Assembly (NCBI RefSeq): GCF_000007145.1
Contig: NC_003902.1
Location: forward strand, 2,124,486 to 2,156,485
Source: Xanthomonas campestris pv. campestris str. ATCC 33913
Lineage (GTDB): Bacteria; Pseudomonadota; Gammaproteobacteria; Xanthomonadales; Xanthomonadaceae
DNA length: 32,000 bases
Direction: 5' to 3'
Below the pieces are notes generated by a model that was not told where the DNA came from, did not search any database, and saw only the letters and a program-made list of their open reading frames with translations. The translations under genes and the position numbers were made by a program. This document shows, one piece after another, positions 16,021-28,530 of the stretch (the first letter of the stretch is position 1; the number at the start of each line of letters is the position of its first letter).

Positions 16021-16745
16021 GCGCTGCGGAGGCACGCCTCTCTACACCGACGCAGTTGACGCGGATCGACAGCGTGGCCACCGGCGTGGCGCGTGACTTC
16101 ACCCGCCCGGGCAGCCGCAGTGCGATCGACAAGCGCATGGTCACGCGGCCGCTGCAGATCTGTGCCGAAGGATTGGAGGGCGACGAGCAGGGCGACCGCC
16201 GCGTGCATGGCGGTCCCGACAAGGCGATCCACCATTACCCGCGCGACCACTATGCGGCGTGGCAGGCCGCGATCGGCGCGCATGCGTTGCTGGAGGCGGC
16301 CGGCGCGTTCGGCGAAAACCTCAGCAGCCTCGGCCTGACCGAGGCCGATGTCTGCCTGGGTGATCGCCTGGCGCTGGGCAGTGCGGTGGTGGAGGTGTCG
16401 CAACTGCGGCAACCGTGCTGGAAACTCTCCGACCGTTTCGGCCTGCGCGACATGGCGCGCCGCGTCCAGGACAGCGGCCGCACCGGCTGGTATTACCGCG
16501 TGCTGCAGCCCGGGCAGCTGGCGGCCGGCGATGCGCTGACGCTTCTGGAACGCCCGCATCCGCAGTGGACGCTGTCGCGCGTGCAGCAGGTGCTGTATGC
16601 GCGCGAGGTGGATGCCGAGGCCATTACCGCGGTGTTGCAGCTGCCGCTGGTGCCTTCGTGGCGCGCGTTGTTCGAGCGCCGCCTGCAGCGCCGCGAAGTG
16701 GAGAGTTGGGGCGCGCGCTTGCACGGCGCTGTCGATCCGGGATGA
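16017..16745 (+). CDS. MOSC domain protein, YiiM-like
   Basis: 242 aa. GLEGDEQGDRRVHGGPDKAIHHYPRDHY...GENLSSLGLTEADVCLGD...VEVSQLRQPCWKL...GWYYRVLQPG is collinear with E. coli YiiM. The GTG start overlaps the aminotransferase stop codon (GTGA). Confidence 0.85.
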   Translation: MSAAEARLSTPTQLTRIDSVATGVARDFTRPGSRSAIDKRMVTRPLQICAEGLEGDEQGDRRVHGGPDKAIHHYPRDHYAAWQAAIGAHALLEAAGAFGENLSSLGLTEADVCLGDRLALGSAVVEVSQLRQPCWKLSDRFGLRDMARRVQDSGRTGWYYRVLQPGQLAAGDALTLLERPHPQWTLSRVQQVLYAREVDAEAITAVLQLPLVPSWRALFERRLQRREVESWGARLHGAVDPG

Positions 16746-16819
16746 GCGCTGGCGTCACGCGCAGCAGGCGGTTGCCGGTTCATCTTGTGAAACCGTTGCC
16801 GCCTCGCTAGCCTGACCCC

Positions 16820-17536
16820 ATGACAACTTCTCCCGTAAAAGTTCTGATCCACGGTGCCTCCGGGCGCATGGGCAAGGCATTGCTGCGATTGGCCGCCGAA
16901 GACGACGCCTTGCACGTCGTCGGTGCGGTGGTGGGGCGGTCGCCCTCGCAGCGCGTGGTGGACGGCGTGCCGTACTTCGCCGCCAACGAACTGGGCGGTG
17001 CGCCGGCGTTCGATGTGGCGATCGACTTCAGCCTGCCGCAGGGCTTTGCGCCGATCCTGGCGTTGTGCGTGCAGCGCGGCAAACCGCTGGTCTCGGGCAC
17101 CACCGGGCTGGACGAGGCGCAGCGGGCCGGCTTGCTGCAGGCTGCGGGCCAGATTCCGCTGGTATGGGCGTCCAACTTCAGCCTGGGCGTGGCGGTGCTC
17201 ACCGAACTGGTGGAGCGCGCCGCCGGCAGTCTGCCGGGCTGGGACTGCGACATCATCGAAGCCCATCATGTGCACAAGCAGGACGCCCCCTCGGGCACTG
17301 CGCTGACGCTGGGTGAGGCCGCCACTGGCAGCGGGGCGCAGCCGCGGTTCGCCAGCGTGCGTGCCGGCGACATCGTCGGCGAGCACAGCGTGCAGTTCAC
17401 CGGGCTGGGTGAACGCGTCGAGCTGATCCACCGCGCCACCAACCGCGACATCTTCGCGCGCGGTGCGTTGCATGCGGCCAAGCGCCTGCTCGGCAAGCCG
17501 CCGGGCAGCTACCGGGTGCGCGATCTGGTGCTTTAA
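16820..17536 (+). CDS. dapB: 4-hydroxy-tetrahydrodipicolinate reductase
   Basis: 238 aa. VLIHGASGRMGKAL and the signature EAHHVHKQDAPSGTAL. Confidence 0.95.
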   Translation: MTTSPVKVLIHGASGRMGKALLRLAAEDDALHVVGAVVGRSPSQRVVDGVPYFAANELGGAPAFDVAIDFSLPQGFAPILALCVQRGKPLVSGTTGLDEAQRAGLLQAAGQIPLVWASNFSLGVAVLTELVERAAGSLPGWDCDIIEAHHVHKQDAPSGTALTLGEAATGSGAQPRFASVRAGDIVGEHSVQFTGLGERVELIHRATNRDIFARGALHAAKRLLGKPPGSYRVRDLVL

Positions 17537-17775
17537 ACGCGGGCGTCCGGTACATGAATGGACGCATGCCAGCGGGCCGTATTCACCTGGCAGCGATGCG
17601 GCGCCCGCGCTGATCGGTGTGCCGCGCACTGGCATGCCGGGGCACTTGCCTTTACAATTCTCGCTTGCCCGAACCTAGCGTCGGACCGGTCCCCAGCACC
17701 GCGTCCGCGCTTTGCTGCAACCGGAATTTGGCCGGGAGCGCATCGGAGTCCCAGGCAGCCAGAGCGAGACCCCAC

Positions 17776-18903
17776 GTGACCCAACCCGCAATCCTTGTCC
17801 TCGAAGACGGCACCGTGTTCGAGGGCGAATCCGTAGGCGCCAACGGGCTATCCGTCGGCGAAGTGGTGTTCAACACCGCCATGACCGGTTACCAGGAAGT
17901 CCTGACCGATCCGTCCTACGCCCGCCAGATGGTCACGCTGACCTATCCGCATATCGGCAACACCGGTTTCAACGATCAGGACGACGAGGCCAAGCAGGTG
18001 TGGGCCGCCGGCCTGATCGTGCGCGATGTGCCGCGCCGCCCCAGCAGCTGGCGCAATCAGGTGGCGCTGCCGGCTTGGTTGCAGACCCGCGGCGTGGTGG
18101 CCATCTCCGGCATCGACACCCGCAAGTTGACCCGTCTGCTGCGCGAGAAGGGTGCGCAGAACGGTGCACTGATGGCCGGCGAGATCGATGTCGAAAAGGC
18201 ATTGGAAGCCGCGCGCAAGTTCCCCGGCCTGAAGGGCATGGACCTGGCCAAGGTGGTCTCCACCGAAACCACCTATCAGTGGCAGGAAGGTCAGCTGGAC
18301 CTAAACGCGAACGCCTTCGTGCAGGCCGAGCTGAAGTTCAAGGTCGTGGCCTACGACTACGGCGTCAAGATCAACATCCTGCGCATGCTGGCCGAGCGCG
18401 GCTGCGACGTCACCGTGGTGCCGGCACGCACGCCGGTGGCCGAGGTGCTGGCGATGCAGCCCGACGGCGTGTTCCTGTCCAACGGCCCGGGCGACCCGGA
18501 GCCCTGCGATTACGCCATCAGCGCGATCCAGGAGTTGATCGCCAAGAAGGTACCCACCTTCGGCATCTGCCTGGGCCACCAGTTGCTGGCGCTCGCCGCC
18601 GGCGCCAAGACGGTCAAGATGGCTACCGGCCACCACGGCGCGAATCACCCCGTGCAGGATCTGGATGGCGGCCGGGTGATGATCACCTCGCAGAACCATG
18701 GCTTTGCGGTGGATGAGACCACGTTGCCGGCCAACGTGCGGGTGACCCATCGCTCGCTGTTCGATGGCACCAACCAGGGCATCGCCCTGACCGACGCGCC
18801 GGCATTCTCGTTCCAGGGCCACCCGGAAGCCTCGCCGGGCCCGCGCGATGTCGGGCCGTTGTTCGATCGGTTTGTCGCATCGATGGCCGAGGCGAAGTCT
18901 TGA
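17776..18903 (+). CDS. carA: carbamoyl-phosphate synthase small (glutaminase) subunit
   Basis: GTG at 17776 gives (M)[21 protein letters not shown]... (375 aa). Contains the amidotransferase active site [10 protein letters not shown] and HGFAV. The upstream part of track ORF 17617.. has no homology signal. Confidence 0.95.
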   Translation: MTQPAILVLEDGTVFEGESVGANGLSVGEVVFNTAMTGYQEVLTDPSYARQMVTLTYPHIGNTGFNDQDDEAKQVWAAGLIVRDVPRRPSSWRNQVALPAWLQTRGVVAISGIDTRKLTRLLREKGAQNGALMAGEIDVEKALEAARKFPGLKGMDLAKVVSTETTYQWQEGQLDLNANAFVQAELKFKVVAYDYGVKINILRMLAERGCDVTVVPARTPVAEVLAMQPDGVFLSNGPGDPEPCDYAISAIQELIAKKVPTFGICLGHQLLALAAGAKTVKMATGHHGANHPVQDLDGGRVMITSQNHGFAVDETTLPANVRVTHRSLFDGTNQGIALTDAPAFSFQGHPEASPGPRDVGPLFDRFVASMAEAKS

Positions 18904-19454
18904 TGCGGGTATGCCTGCTGCTGGCGCTGTGCTGCACGGTGGGCGTGGTGCATGCCGCGCCAGCCAGCGATGGCGCGGTCAAGACGCTGGTGACCCGGTT
19001 GGGCATGGGCGGGCTTGGAACCGACATGGCCGACTTGACGGTCAAGAGCACGCCATCGTTGAGCGCACTGGATGAGGCGCAGCGTGTCTGCGCGCGCAAG
19101 CCGATCCAGGACATGATCGACCAAGGCTTTCGCAGCTCGATGATCGCCGGTCTCGGCGCCGACGGCGCGCAGGTGGTTGCCGATTGGGCGCAGTTTCTGG
19201 ACACCTCCGCCGGCAAGTCGCTGGCGAGCGTGTTTGCCGGGTCCAACGCGCAGACGATTGCCGACAGGGCCGGTGCAGGGCTGGACGAGAAGGCACATGC
19301 CGAGCTGGACACGTTCCTGCGCAGCCCCTCCGGCGCACGCCTGATGGCCGCGCTGGATGCCGCCTCGCCGATGCCCGAGGACCACGAAGCACGCATGGCG
19401 AAAGACCTGAAGGCGCAGTGCGGCATCGTGCTGACCGCCGATGCCGTTTCCTGA
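18903..19454 (+). CDS. exported hypothetical protein encoded between carA and carB
   Basis: ATG at 18903 shares one base with the carA TGA (TGATG). Signal peptide [22 protein letters not shown]-ending codons run throughout. It has 2 mature Cys and an ...LDTFLRSPSGARLMAAL segment reminiscent of DUF2059-type periplasmic proteins, a weak call from memory. Confidence 0.6.
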   Translation: MRVCLLLALCCTVGVVHAAPASDGAVKTLVTRLGMGGLGTDMADLTVKSTPSLSALDEAQRVCARKPIQDMIDQGFRSSMIAGLGADGAQVVADWAQFLDTSAGKSLASVFAGSNAQTIADRAGAGLDEKAHAELDTFLRSPSGARLMAALDAASPMPEDHEARMAKDLKAQCGIVLTADAVS

Positions 19455-19511
19455 TCGACAGCGTCCGATCACTCCCCCTATTTGTCACGCTGTCCAGACT
19501 TAGAGAAGACA

Positions 19512-22750
<3,239 letters not shown>

Positions 22751-22754
<4 letters not shown>

Positions 22755-23227
22755 GAGCCCCCATGACGTCCAAGGGCGCGCAGCGTCTGCGCGAGGAACT
22801 GGACCACCTGAAGTCGGTCAAGCGCCCGGCGGTGATCACTGCGATTGCCGAAGCGCGTGCGCACGGCGACCTCAAGGAAAACGCCGAGTACCACGCCGCG
22901 CGCGAGCAGCAGAGCTTCATCGAAGGCCGCATCAAGCAGCTGGAGGGCGAGCTGTCGCATGCCGAGATCATCGACATCACCAAGCTGGCGGCCGGCACCA
23001 AGATCGTGTTCGGTGCCACCGTGACGCTGGCCGATACCGAAACCGACGAAGAGAAGCGCTACCAGATCGTTGGCGATCTGGAGGCCGACATCAAGCTGGG
23101 CCTGATCGCGATCTCCTCACCGCTGGCGCGTGCGCTGATCGGCAAGCTGGAAGGCGATTCGGTGACCATCGATGCGCCGGCCGGGCAGCGCGAATACGAA
23201 GTCGTCAGTGTGGCGTATCTCGACTGA
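22751..23227 (+). CDS. greA: transcription elongation factor GreA
   Basis: 158 aa. [61 protein letters not shown]. The ATG overlaps the carB stop codon (ATGA). Confidence 0.95.
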
Positions 23228-23230
23228 TCG

Positions 23231-24151
23231 ATGACCACCGCGACCCTGCTGCTGCCGGAACGCCGCCGCCTGCCCGGAACCCTGGGCGATGCAGCGGTGG
23301 CGCGTGCACTGGCGCGCGCCGATGTGCAGCTGGCCGAGGCTGGCGAAGTGGCGCAGTTGCAGCGCCATTTCGCGCTCACCCCGCGCCAGTGGCCGGTGGC
23401 GGCGCTGACGCGTCAGCTCGATGCCGGCGACGCCGCTGGCGCGACCTGGGTCCGCGCTGATCCGGCCTATGTGGTGCCGGACATGCAGGGCGCGCGCTTG
23501 ATGGGTTACGGCGAAGCACTGGGCGCCACCGCCGAAGATCTGGTGATGCTGTTGCCGGTGCTCAAGCCGATGTTTGGCGATGCCGGTTTTCTGCTGGATG
23601 CACCCACGCCCTCGCGCTGGTATCTGCGGCTGTCGCCGGATGCACAGCTGCCGGAGTTCGCCTCACCCGAAGCGGCGATCGGTGAAGACCTGTTCGATCA
23701 TTTGCCGGCCGGCGACACGGGCCGGCGCTGGCGCGCGCTGCTGACCGAAGCCCAGGTGGTGCTGCACCAGCATCCCTGGAACGAGGGGCGCGTGGCCAGC
23801 GGCAAGCCGCCGATCAATTCGCTGTGGTTCTGGGGTGGCGGCGTGTTGCCGCACGCAGTGACCTCGCCGCACCGCCAGGTACGCAGTCGCGATTCGTTGC
23901 TGCGTTCGCTGGCGCTTGCCGCAGGTGCCGATGCGCAGGGCGAGCAGCGCGTGGATGCGCTGGTGGATCTGCGCCACCTGCGCTCGCTGGAGCAGTTCAG
24001 TGCCGATGCGGTGGCGCCATTGCTCGCCGCCATCGCGCGCGGCGAACTCGATCGCCTGGTGCTGGATTTCCAGGACGGCAAGACCCTGACGCTGCAGCGC
24101 ACGCAGCGCTGGCGGTTCTGGCGGAAGCCGCGCCTGCAGCTGGTGCAATGA
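23231..24151 (+). CDS. rpfE: conserved protein of unknown biochemical function, RpfE-type
   Basis: 306 aa. No motifs I can tie to a known catalytic family; it contains a conserved-looking ...KPPINSLWFWGGG segment. It sits between greA and recJ, as described for rpfE in the Xanthomonas campestris rpf region. The symbol is assigned from synteny and memory, not from a search. Confidence 0.55.
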   Translation: MTTATLLLPERRRLPGTLGDAAVARALARADVQLAEAGEVAQLQRHFALTPRQWPVAALTRQLDAGDAAGATWVRADPAYVVPDMQGARLMGYGEALGATAEDLVMLLPVLKPMFGDAGFLLDAPTPSRWYLRLSPDAQLPEFASPEAAIGEDLFDHLPAGDTGRRWRALLTEAQVVLHQHPWNEGRVASGKPPINSLWFWGGGVLPHAVTSPHRQVRSRDSLLRSLALAAGADAQGEQRVDALVDLRHLRSLEQFSADAVAPLLAAIARGELDRLVLDFQDGKTLTLQRTQRWRFWRKPRLQLVQ

Positions 24152-25887
24152 CCTCCAGCCCCACGATTGTGCGACGCCCGCCGGGGCAGGGCGGCACCTG
24201 GCCCGACGCAATGCTGCCGTTGTTGCGGCGGATCTACGCCGCGCGCGGCGTGGTCGATGTGCACGGCGCGCACCCGCGGCTCGGCCAGCTGTTGTCGCCG
24301 GAGTTGTTGCACAACAGCCGCGTCGCGGCCGAACTGTTGGCCGATGCGATCGCCGCCCAACGGCGCATCCTGGTGGTAGGCGACTTCGATTGCGATGGCG
24401 CTACCGCGTGCGCAGTCGGCGTGCGCGGTCTGCGCATGCTGGGTGCGCTGGATGTGCACCATGCGGTGCCCAACCGCATGGTGCATGGCTATGGTCTGTC
24501 ACCGGCGCTGGTGGACGAACTGGCTGCACTGCAGCCGGATCTGCTGGTCACCGTCGATCACGGCATCGCCTGCCATGCCGGTGTTGCGGCGGCCAAGGCA
24601 CGCGGCTGGACCGTGCTGGTCACAGATCACCATTTGCCCGGCGAGGTCTTGCCGCCGGCCGATGCAATCGTGGACCCCAACCTGGTGCAGGACAGTTTCC
24701 CGAGCAAGACGTTGGCCGGGGTCGGGGTGATCTTCTACGTGCTGCTGGCCTTGCGTGGCGTGTTGCGCGCACGCGGGGCGTTTGCCGAGCGGGCAGAACC
24801 GGATCTGTCCGTGCTGCTGGATCTGGTGGCGGTGGGCACGGTGGCCGATCTGGTGCCGCTGGACACCAATAACCGCGCACTGGTGTCGGCGGGCCTGCGC
24901 CGCCTGCGTGACGGCAAAGGCTGTATCGGCCTGCGTGCGTTGATCGACGCCAGTGGCCGCGATGCGGCGCGGCTGAGTGCCAGCGATATCGGGTTTGCGT
25001 TGGCGCCACGTCTCAACGCCGCCGGCCGGCTCGAAGACATGGCACTGGGCATCGAACTGTTGCTGTGCGAGGACTGGAGCCGGGCGCGCGAGATCGCCGG
25101 CCTGCTGGAAGAAATCAACGCCGAGCGTCGTGCGGTCCAGCAGTTGATGACCGACGATGCCGAGCAGGCCGTCACCAAGGTGATGCTGGCTGCCGATGGC
25201 GCGCTGCCGATGGCGGCCTGCCTGTTCGACCCTGAATGGCACCCTGGCGTGATCGGCCTGGTCGCCTCCAAGCTCAAGGACCGCCTGCACCGTCCGGTGA
25301 TCGCGCTGGCACCGGCCGAGCCGGGCAGCGACCAGTTGCGTGGCTCGGCGCGCTCCATTCCCGGCCTGCATATCCGCGACGTGCTGGCGGCGGTGGATGC
25401 GCGCCATCCGGGGCTGATCCAGAAGTTCGGCGGGCATGCGATGGCGGCCGGCCTGAGCCTGGAGCACCGCGCGTTGGCCGCGTTCGAGCAGGCGTTTCAG
25501 ACCCAGGTGCAGGCGATGGTCGATGCCTCGCTGTTGCAGGCCGAATTGCACAGCGATGGCGAGCTGGCCGCGCACGAACTCGATCATCTGCATGCCGAAG
25601 CGCTGCGTGCCGCCGGGCCGTGGGGGCAGGGCTTTCCCGAACCGCTGTTCGATGGGCAATTCGAGGTGCTGCAATGGCGCCTGCTCAAGGAGCGCCACCT
25701 CAAGCTGACCTTGCGCTGCGCCGGGCGCGCCGAGCCGCTCAACGCCATCCACTTCAATGGCTGGCGCGGCAGCGAGCCGGCGCGCACGGTGCGCATCGCC
25801 TATCGACTGGTCGGCGACGACTACCGCGGTGGCACTGCGGTACAGCTCATCGTCGAGCACTGCGAGCCGGCGGCGTCAGCGGGTTGA
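24148..25887 (+). CDS. recJ: single-stranded-DNA-specific exonuclease RecJ
   Basis: 579 aa from the ATG at 24148, which overlaps the rpfE stop codon (ATGA). DHH motifs ILVVGDFDCDGATA, LVTVDHG and LVTDHH, plus the DHHA1 motif GGHAMAAG. The track ORF start at 23824 is an out-of-frame overlap with rpfE. Confidence 0.95.
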   Translation: MTSSPTIVRRPPGQGGTWPDAMLPLLRRIYAARGVVDVHGAHPRLGQLLSPELLHNSRVAAELLADAIAAQRRILVVGDFDCDGATACAVGVRGLRMLGALDVHHAVPNRMVHGYGLSPALVDELAALQPDLLVTVDHGIACHAGVAAAKARGWTVLVTDHHLPGEVLPPADAIVDPNLVQDSFPSKTLAGVGVIFYVLLALRGVLRARGAFAERAEPDLSVLLDLVAVGTVADLVPLDTNNRALVSAGLRRLRDGKGCIGLRALIDASGRDAARLSASDIGFALAPRLNAAGRLEDMALGIELLLCEDWSRAREIAGLLEEINAERRAVQQLMTDDAEQAVTKVMLAADGALPMAACLFDPEWHPGVIGLVASKLKDRLHRPVIALAPAEPGSDQLRGSARSIPGLHIRDVLAAVDARHPGLIQKFGGHAMAAGLSLEHRALAAFEQAFQTQVQAMVDASLLQAELHSDGELAAHELDHLHAEALRAAGPWGQGFPEPLFDGQFEVLQWRLLKERHLKLTLRCAGRAEPLNAIHFNGWRGSEPARTVRIAYRLVGDDYRGGTAVQLIVEHCEPAASAG

Positions 25888-25974
25888 GAGGTGCGCTCCG
25901 GGCGCAGGCCTGGCGCGATCTGCCGTGCTGCAGACCGCGCCGTTGACGATGCGCCGGCCGGGTGATCGGGCAGG

Positions 25975-27003
25975 TTATTGTTTGACGTCGGCCACCACGG
26001 TTGGCAGCTCCCAGGCGCCGCCGGCGGCGACCAGCCGGCACAGGCCGGAGGTGGACTTGGAGGTCAGCACGAAGCGGCGGCCATCCCAGGTCCACGCTGC
26101 CTGGCTGTAGCAGTCGCCCAGGCCGCGACCCTTCTGCGACTCCAGGATGGTGGCGCCATCCAGATCGCTGGCATGTAGGGTCACCAGGGTTGGGGTGAAC
26201 GGTGCGCGCGCATTCACGACCCAGAAGCCGGTGCCGATGTTGTAGGCGCCCATCCAGCAATCGGTGGAAACCAGCAGCTTGTCGTTGGTCAGGCGCGTGA
26301 CGTTCAGCGGTTCCGACGCATCGCTGGCGTCGAGCCCCTTGCACTCCTCATCGGCAGGAAGGGTGGCGCGCAGCGCCTGATACAGCGCCGGCAGCGTGCC
26401 CAGGCGTGCGTCGCCTGCCTGCGCTGCGGCGAGCTTGGCCGCGCGGACCTGGGGTGCCGGCAACGGCGGCAGCACGGCGGTTTCGTCGCGGTCGCCCTTG
26501 CGCACCAGTGCCCCGCGCGTGCCGATCCGGCCCTGGAATTCGTCCATTTTCAGCAGCACCGCGGCCGCGCCGCGATCGGACAACTGCCAGCGCCGGCCAT
26601 CGTTGCCGAGCGCCACGATCTTGCTGCTGCGTGGCAACGCCGCCAGCAGCGCGCCGACCTGCGCACTGGTCAGCACCGCAGTGCCGCGCTTGCCATCCAG
26701 CGCCAGCTTGCCCTGGTTGCGCTGATCGATCTGCAGGCTAAGCGAGGCCGGCATCTTGACCTTGTCGTACTGGCCCAGCATCAGCTCCGCCGTCACCGCC
26801 TGGCCGGCACCGGCCTTGCGGGTGAGCAACACCGAAACCGGCGGGTCGCTGTCATCGGCCTGGTAGCCGGCAGCGCGGCAGGTGCGGGTGTTGTCGCAGG
26901 CGATGGTCCAGTCGTCGTGACTGAAATCGACGCTGGTGGCAGGCGCGGCGAGCGCGGCGACAGGCGAGAGCAACAACAGGGCGGTACACAGGGAAGGGCG
27001 CAT
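25975..27003 (-). CDS. secreted six-cysteine protein, DUF1176-like
   Basis: 342 aa. Signal peptide MRPSLCTALLLLSPVAALA/AP. The mature part has exactly six Cys (WTIACDNTRTCRAAGY ... EEC ... TDCWMGAYN ... GDCY ... GLC). Size and Cys pattern fit my recollection of DUF1176 (about 340 aa, six conserved Cys). Confidence 0.65.
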   Translation of the reverse strand: MRPSLCTALLLLSPVAALAAPATSVDFSHDDWTIACDNTRTCRAAGYQADDSDPPVSVLLTRKAGAGQAVTAELMLGQYDKVKMPASLSLQIDQRNQGKLALDGKRGTAVLTSAQVGALLAALPRSSKIVALGNDGRRWQLSDRGAAAVLLKMDEFQGRIGTRGALVRKGDRDETAVLPPLPAPQVRAAKLAAAQAGDARLGTLPALYQALRATLPADEECKGLDASDASEPLNVTRLTNDKLLVSTDCWMGAYNIGTGFWVVNARAPFTPTLVTLHASDLDGATILESQKGRGLGDCYSQAAWTWDGRRFVLTSKSTSGLCRLVAAGGAWELPTVVADVKQ

Positions 27004-27092
27004 CGATGATCTTCAACAACAGGAACGGAAGCGCATCTTGCGTGCCGCCGGCAGTTGCCGTCCATCCCGCGGCGGAGCACGGTTGGCGCGGG

Positions 27093-28355
27093 TTAGGGCA
27101 ATGTGCCGCGTTGATCGCGCTGCCTAGGCTCGCCTGGGTGCTCAGCAGCCGCAGAAACACCCGTGCCCACAGCGGGCGCGGCGCGGGGACGCGCTGGCAC
27201 GCCGAACAAGGGACGCAGCCAGCGCAGGCGGCGGATGACCAGCTCATGCAGCAACAGGCATCCGGCCACGGTCGCCGCCAGCACCAAGGCCGGCTCCAGC
27301 CACGCACCGAGTTTGAATGGCGCCAGCCAGTACAACGCGACGATGATCAGGCTCTGATGCAGGATGTACCAGGGAAACACGGCCTCGGTGCAGTACGGCA
27401 ACCAGGCGAACGGGCGGTTGAGGCGATGCCGCGCCCAGCCCAGCAAAGCGAGCAAGGCCAGCCACGTATAGGCAGCGCGCGCGAGGCGCTCGATCGTCCC
27501 CAGCGGCAGCGCGGCCAGAGCGGTTTGCAAGCCGGCCGGCAGTAGCGATTGGCCGCCCGCCCGCAAGGTCAGCTCCACCGTGATTGCCAGCACCGCGCTC
27601 GCCAAGGTGAGCCAGCGCAACTGCACCGCCCAGCGCCAAAAGCGCGTGTTATGCGCCAGCAGATAGCCCAGCAGGAACAACGGGAACGATTCGGCATGCA
27701 CGAACCAGTCGCCGACCAAGGCGTGGGTGGGCGGGTAGCGCGGCAGCAGCCACAGCACGCAGACGCTTTCCCACAGGATCGGCAGCAGCAAGAGCGCCGG
27801 TACCAGCACGGCGGCGGGCAGCCGTGGCAGTGCCAGCGTCGGCAGCGCGCGGGCCAGCGCCATTAGCGCCAGGAGCAACAGCGTGTACGGCAGCAAGTAG
27901 GCCAGATACCACAGATGGTTCCATGTGATGCCGTGCTCCCCGCCATCGAAGCTGCCGGCCGGCCAGGGACGCACCTGCCAATAGCGCAGCAGGAAGGCGC
28001 CAAAGCCCGGGCTGACCTTTCCATTCGTCACGCCCTGGCAGTACGCCTGCACCGCCACCACCACGAACATGCCGAACAGCAATGGAGGCAATAACCGGCC
28101 GCAGCGTCGCCATGCGAACTGCCACGGCGCGCGTTCCGCACGCGCCAGCCCGATCGCAATGCCGGAGATCATAAACAGCAGCGGCATGCGCCAGCGGTTG
28201 AGAACGATCATCGGCGCCTGTAACCACTCGGTGGTATAGGCACTCTTGAGGTGGAACTCCCAGCCGGCCACGTAGGCCATGCCCACGTGATAGAGGATCA
28301 GCAGTGCGAAAGCGAAGACGCGCAAGGCATCGATATCGTGGCGGCGCTCGTTCAT
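27093..28355 (-). CDS. acyltransferase family 3 (OpgC-like) membrane protein
   Basis: 420 aa from the ATG at the complement of 28353-28355: MNERRHDIDALRVFAFALLILYHVGMAY...RWRMPLLFMISG...WNHLWYLAYLL. Polytopic, with the HQSLIIV motif near the C-terminus. The upstream 34 codons of the track ORF are not supported. Confidence 0.85.
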   Translation of the reverse strand: MNERRHDIDALRVFAFALLILYHVGMAYVAGWEFHLKSAYTTEWLQAPMIVLNRWRMPLLFMISGIAIGLARAERAPWQFAWRRCGRLLPPLLFGMFVVVAVQAYCQGVTNGKVSPGFGAFLLRYWQVRPWPAGSFDGGEHGITWNHLWYLAYLLPYTLLLLALMALARALPTLALPRLPAAVLVPALLLLPILWESVCVLWLLPRYPPTHALVGDWFVHAESFPLFLLGYLLAHNTRFWRWAVQLRWLTLASAVLAITVELTLRAGGQSLLPAGLQTALAALPLGTIERLARAAYTWLALLALLGWARHRLNRPFAWLPYCTEAVFPWYILHQSLIIVALYWLAPFKLGAWLEPALVLAATVAGCLLLHELVIRRLRWLRPLFGVPARPRAAPAVGTGVSAAAEHPGEPRQRDQRGTLP

Positions 28356-28530
28356 GGTCGTGTCGTTGGAAGGCGTGCCCGCATCCTCGGCAATCTGGCC
28401 CCATACAGCTGTGCCAAGGGAGCAATGCCGTCCCTGTGTGACCAGTTGCGGTCCCACGGGGACGGCGAGCGGGCGATTGGCCCGAGATGCGCGAATAGTT
28501 TCACCCGAGCGAAGGCCGGCTCTGGCGTCG

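Noticed and set aside
14752-16724. Minus-strand ORFs of 427 aa (14752..16035) and 391 aa (15549..16724)
   Set aside because: They are antisense to the aminotransferase and MOSC genes, are low-complexity and Arg/Gln-rich, and contain no motifs.
16493-17635. 380-aa minus-strand ORF
   Set aside because: It is antisense to dapB and the MOSC 3' end, and its composition is that of a shadow ORF.
17537-17775. Possible pyrimidine/arginine attenuator or leader peptide in the dapB-carA spacer
   Set aside because: I found only short imperfect hairpins (for example GCGTCC-N11-GGACGC at 17551-17573). There is no upstream mini-ORF with a terminator or U-tract and no convincing -35/-10 pair, so no call can be supported from sequence alone.
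23824-24147. N-terminal 108-codon extension of recJ in the ORF track; similarly 17617..17775 for carA, 19482..19511 for carB and 28356..28457 for the acyltransferase
   Set aside because: The extensions overlap upstream genes or spacers and have no homology signal. Conserved N-termini begin at the internal start codons listed in the features.
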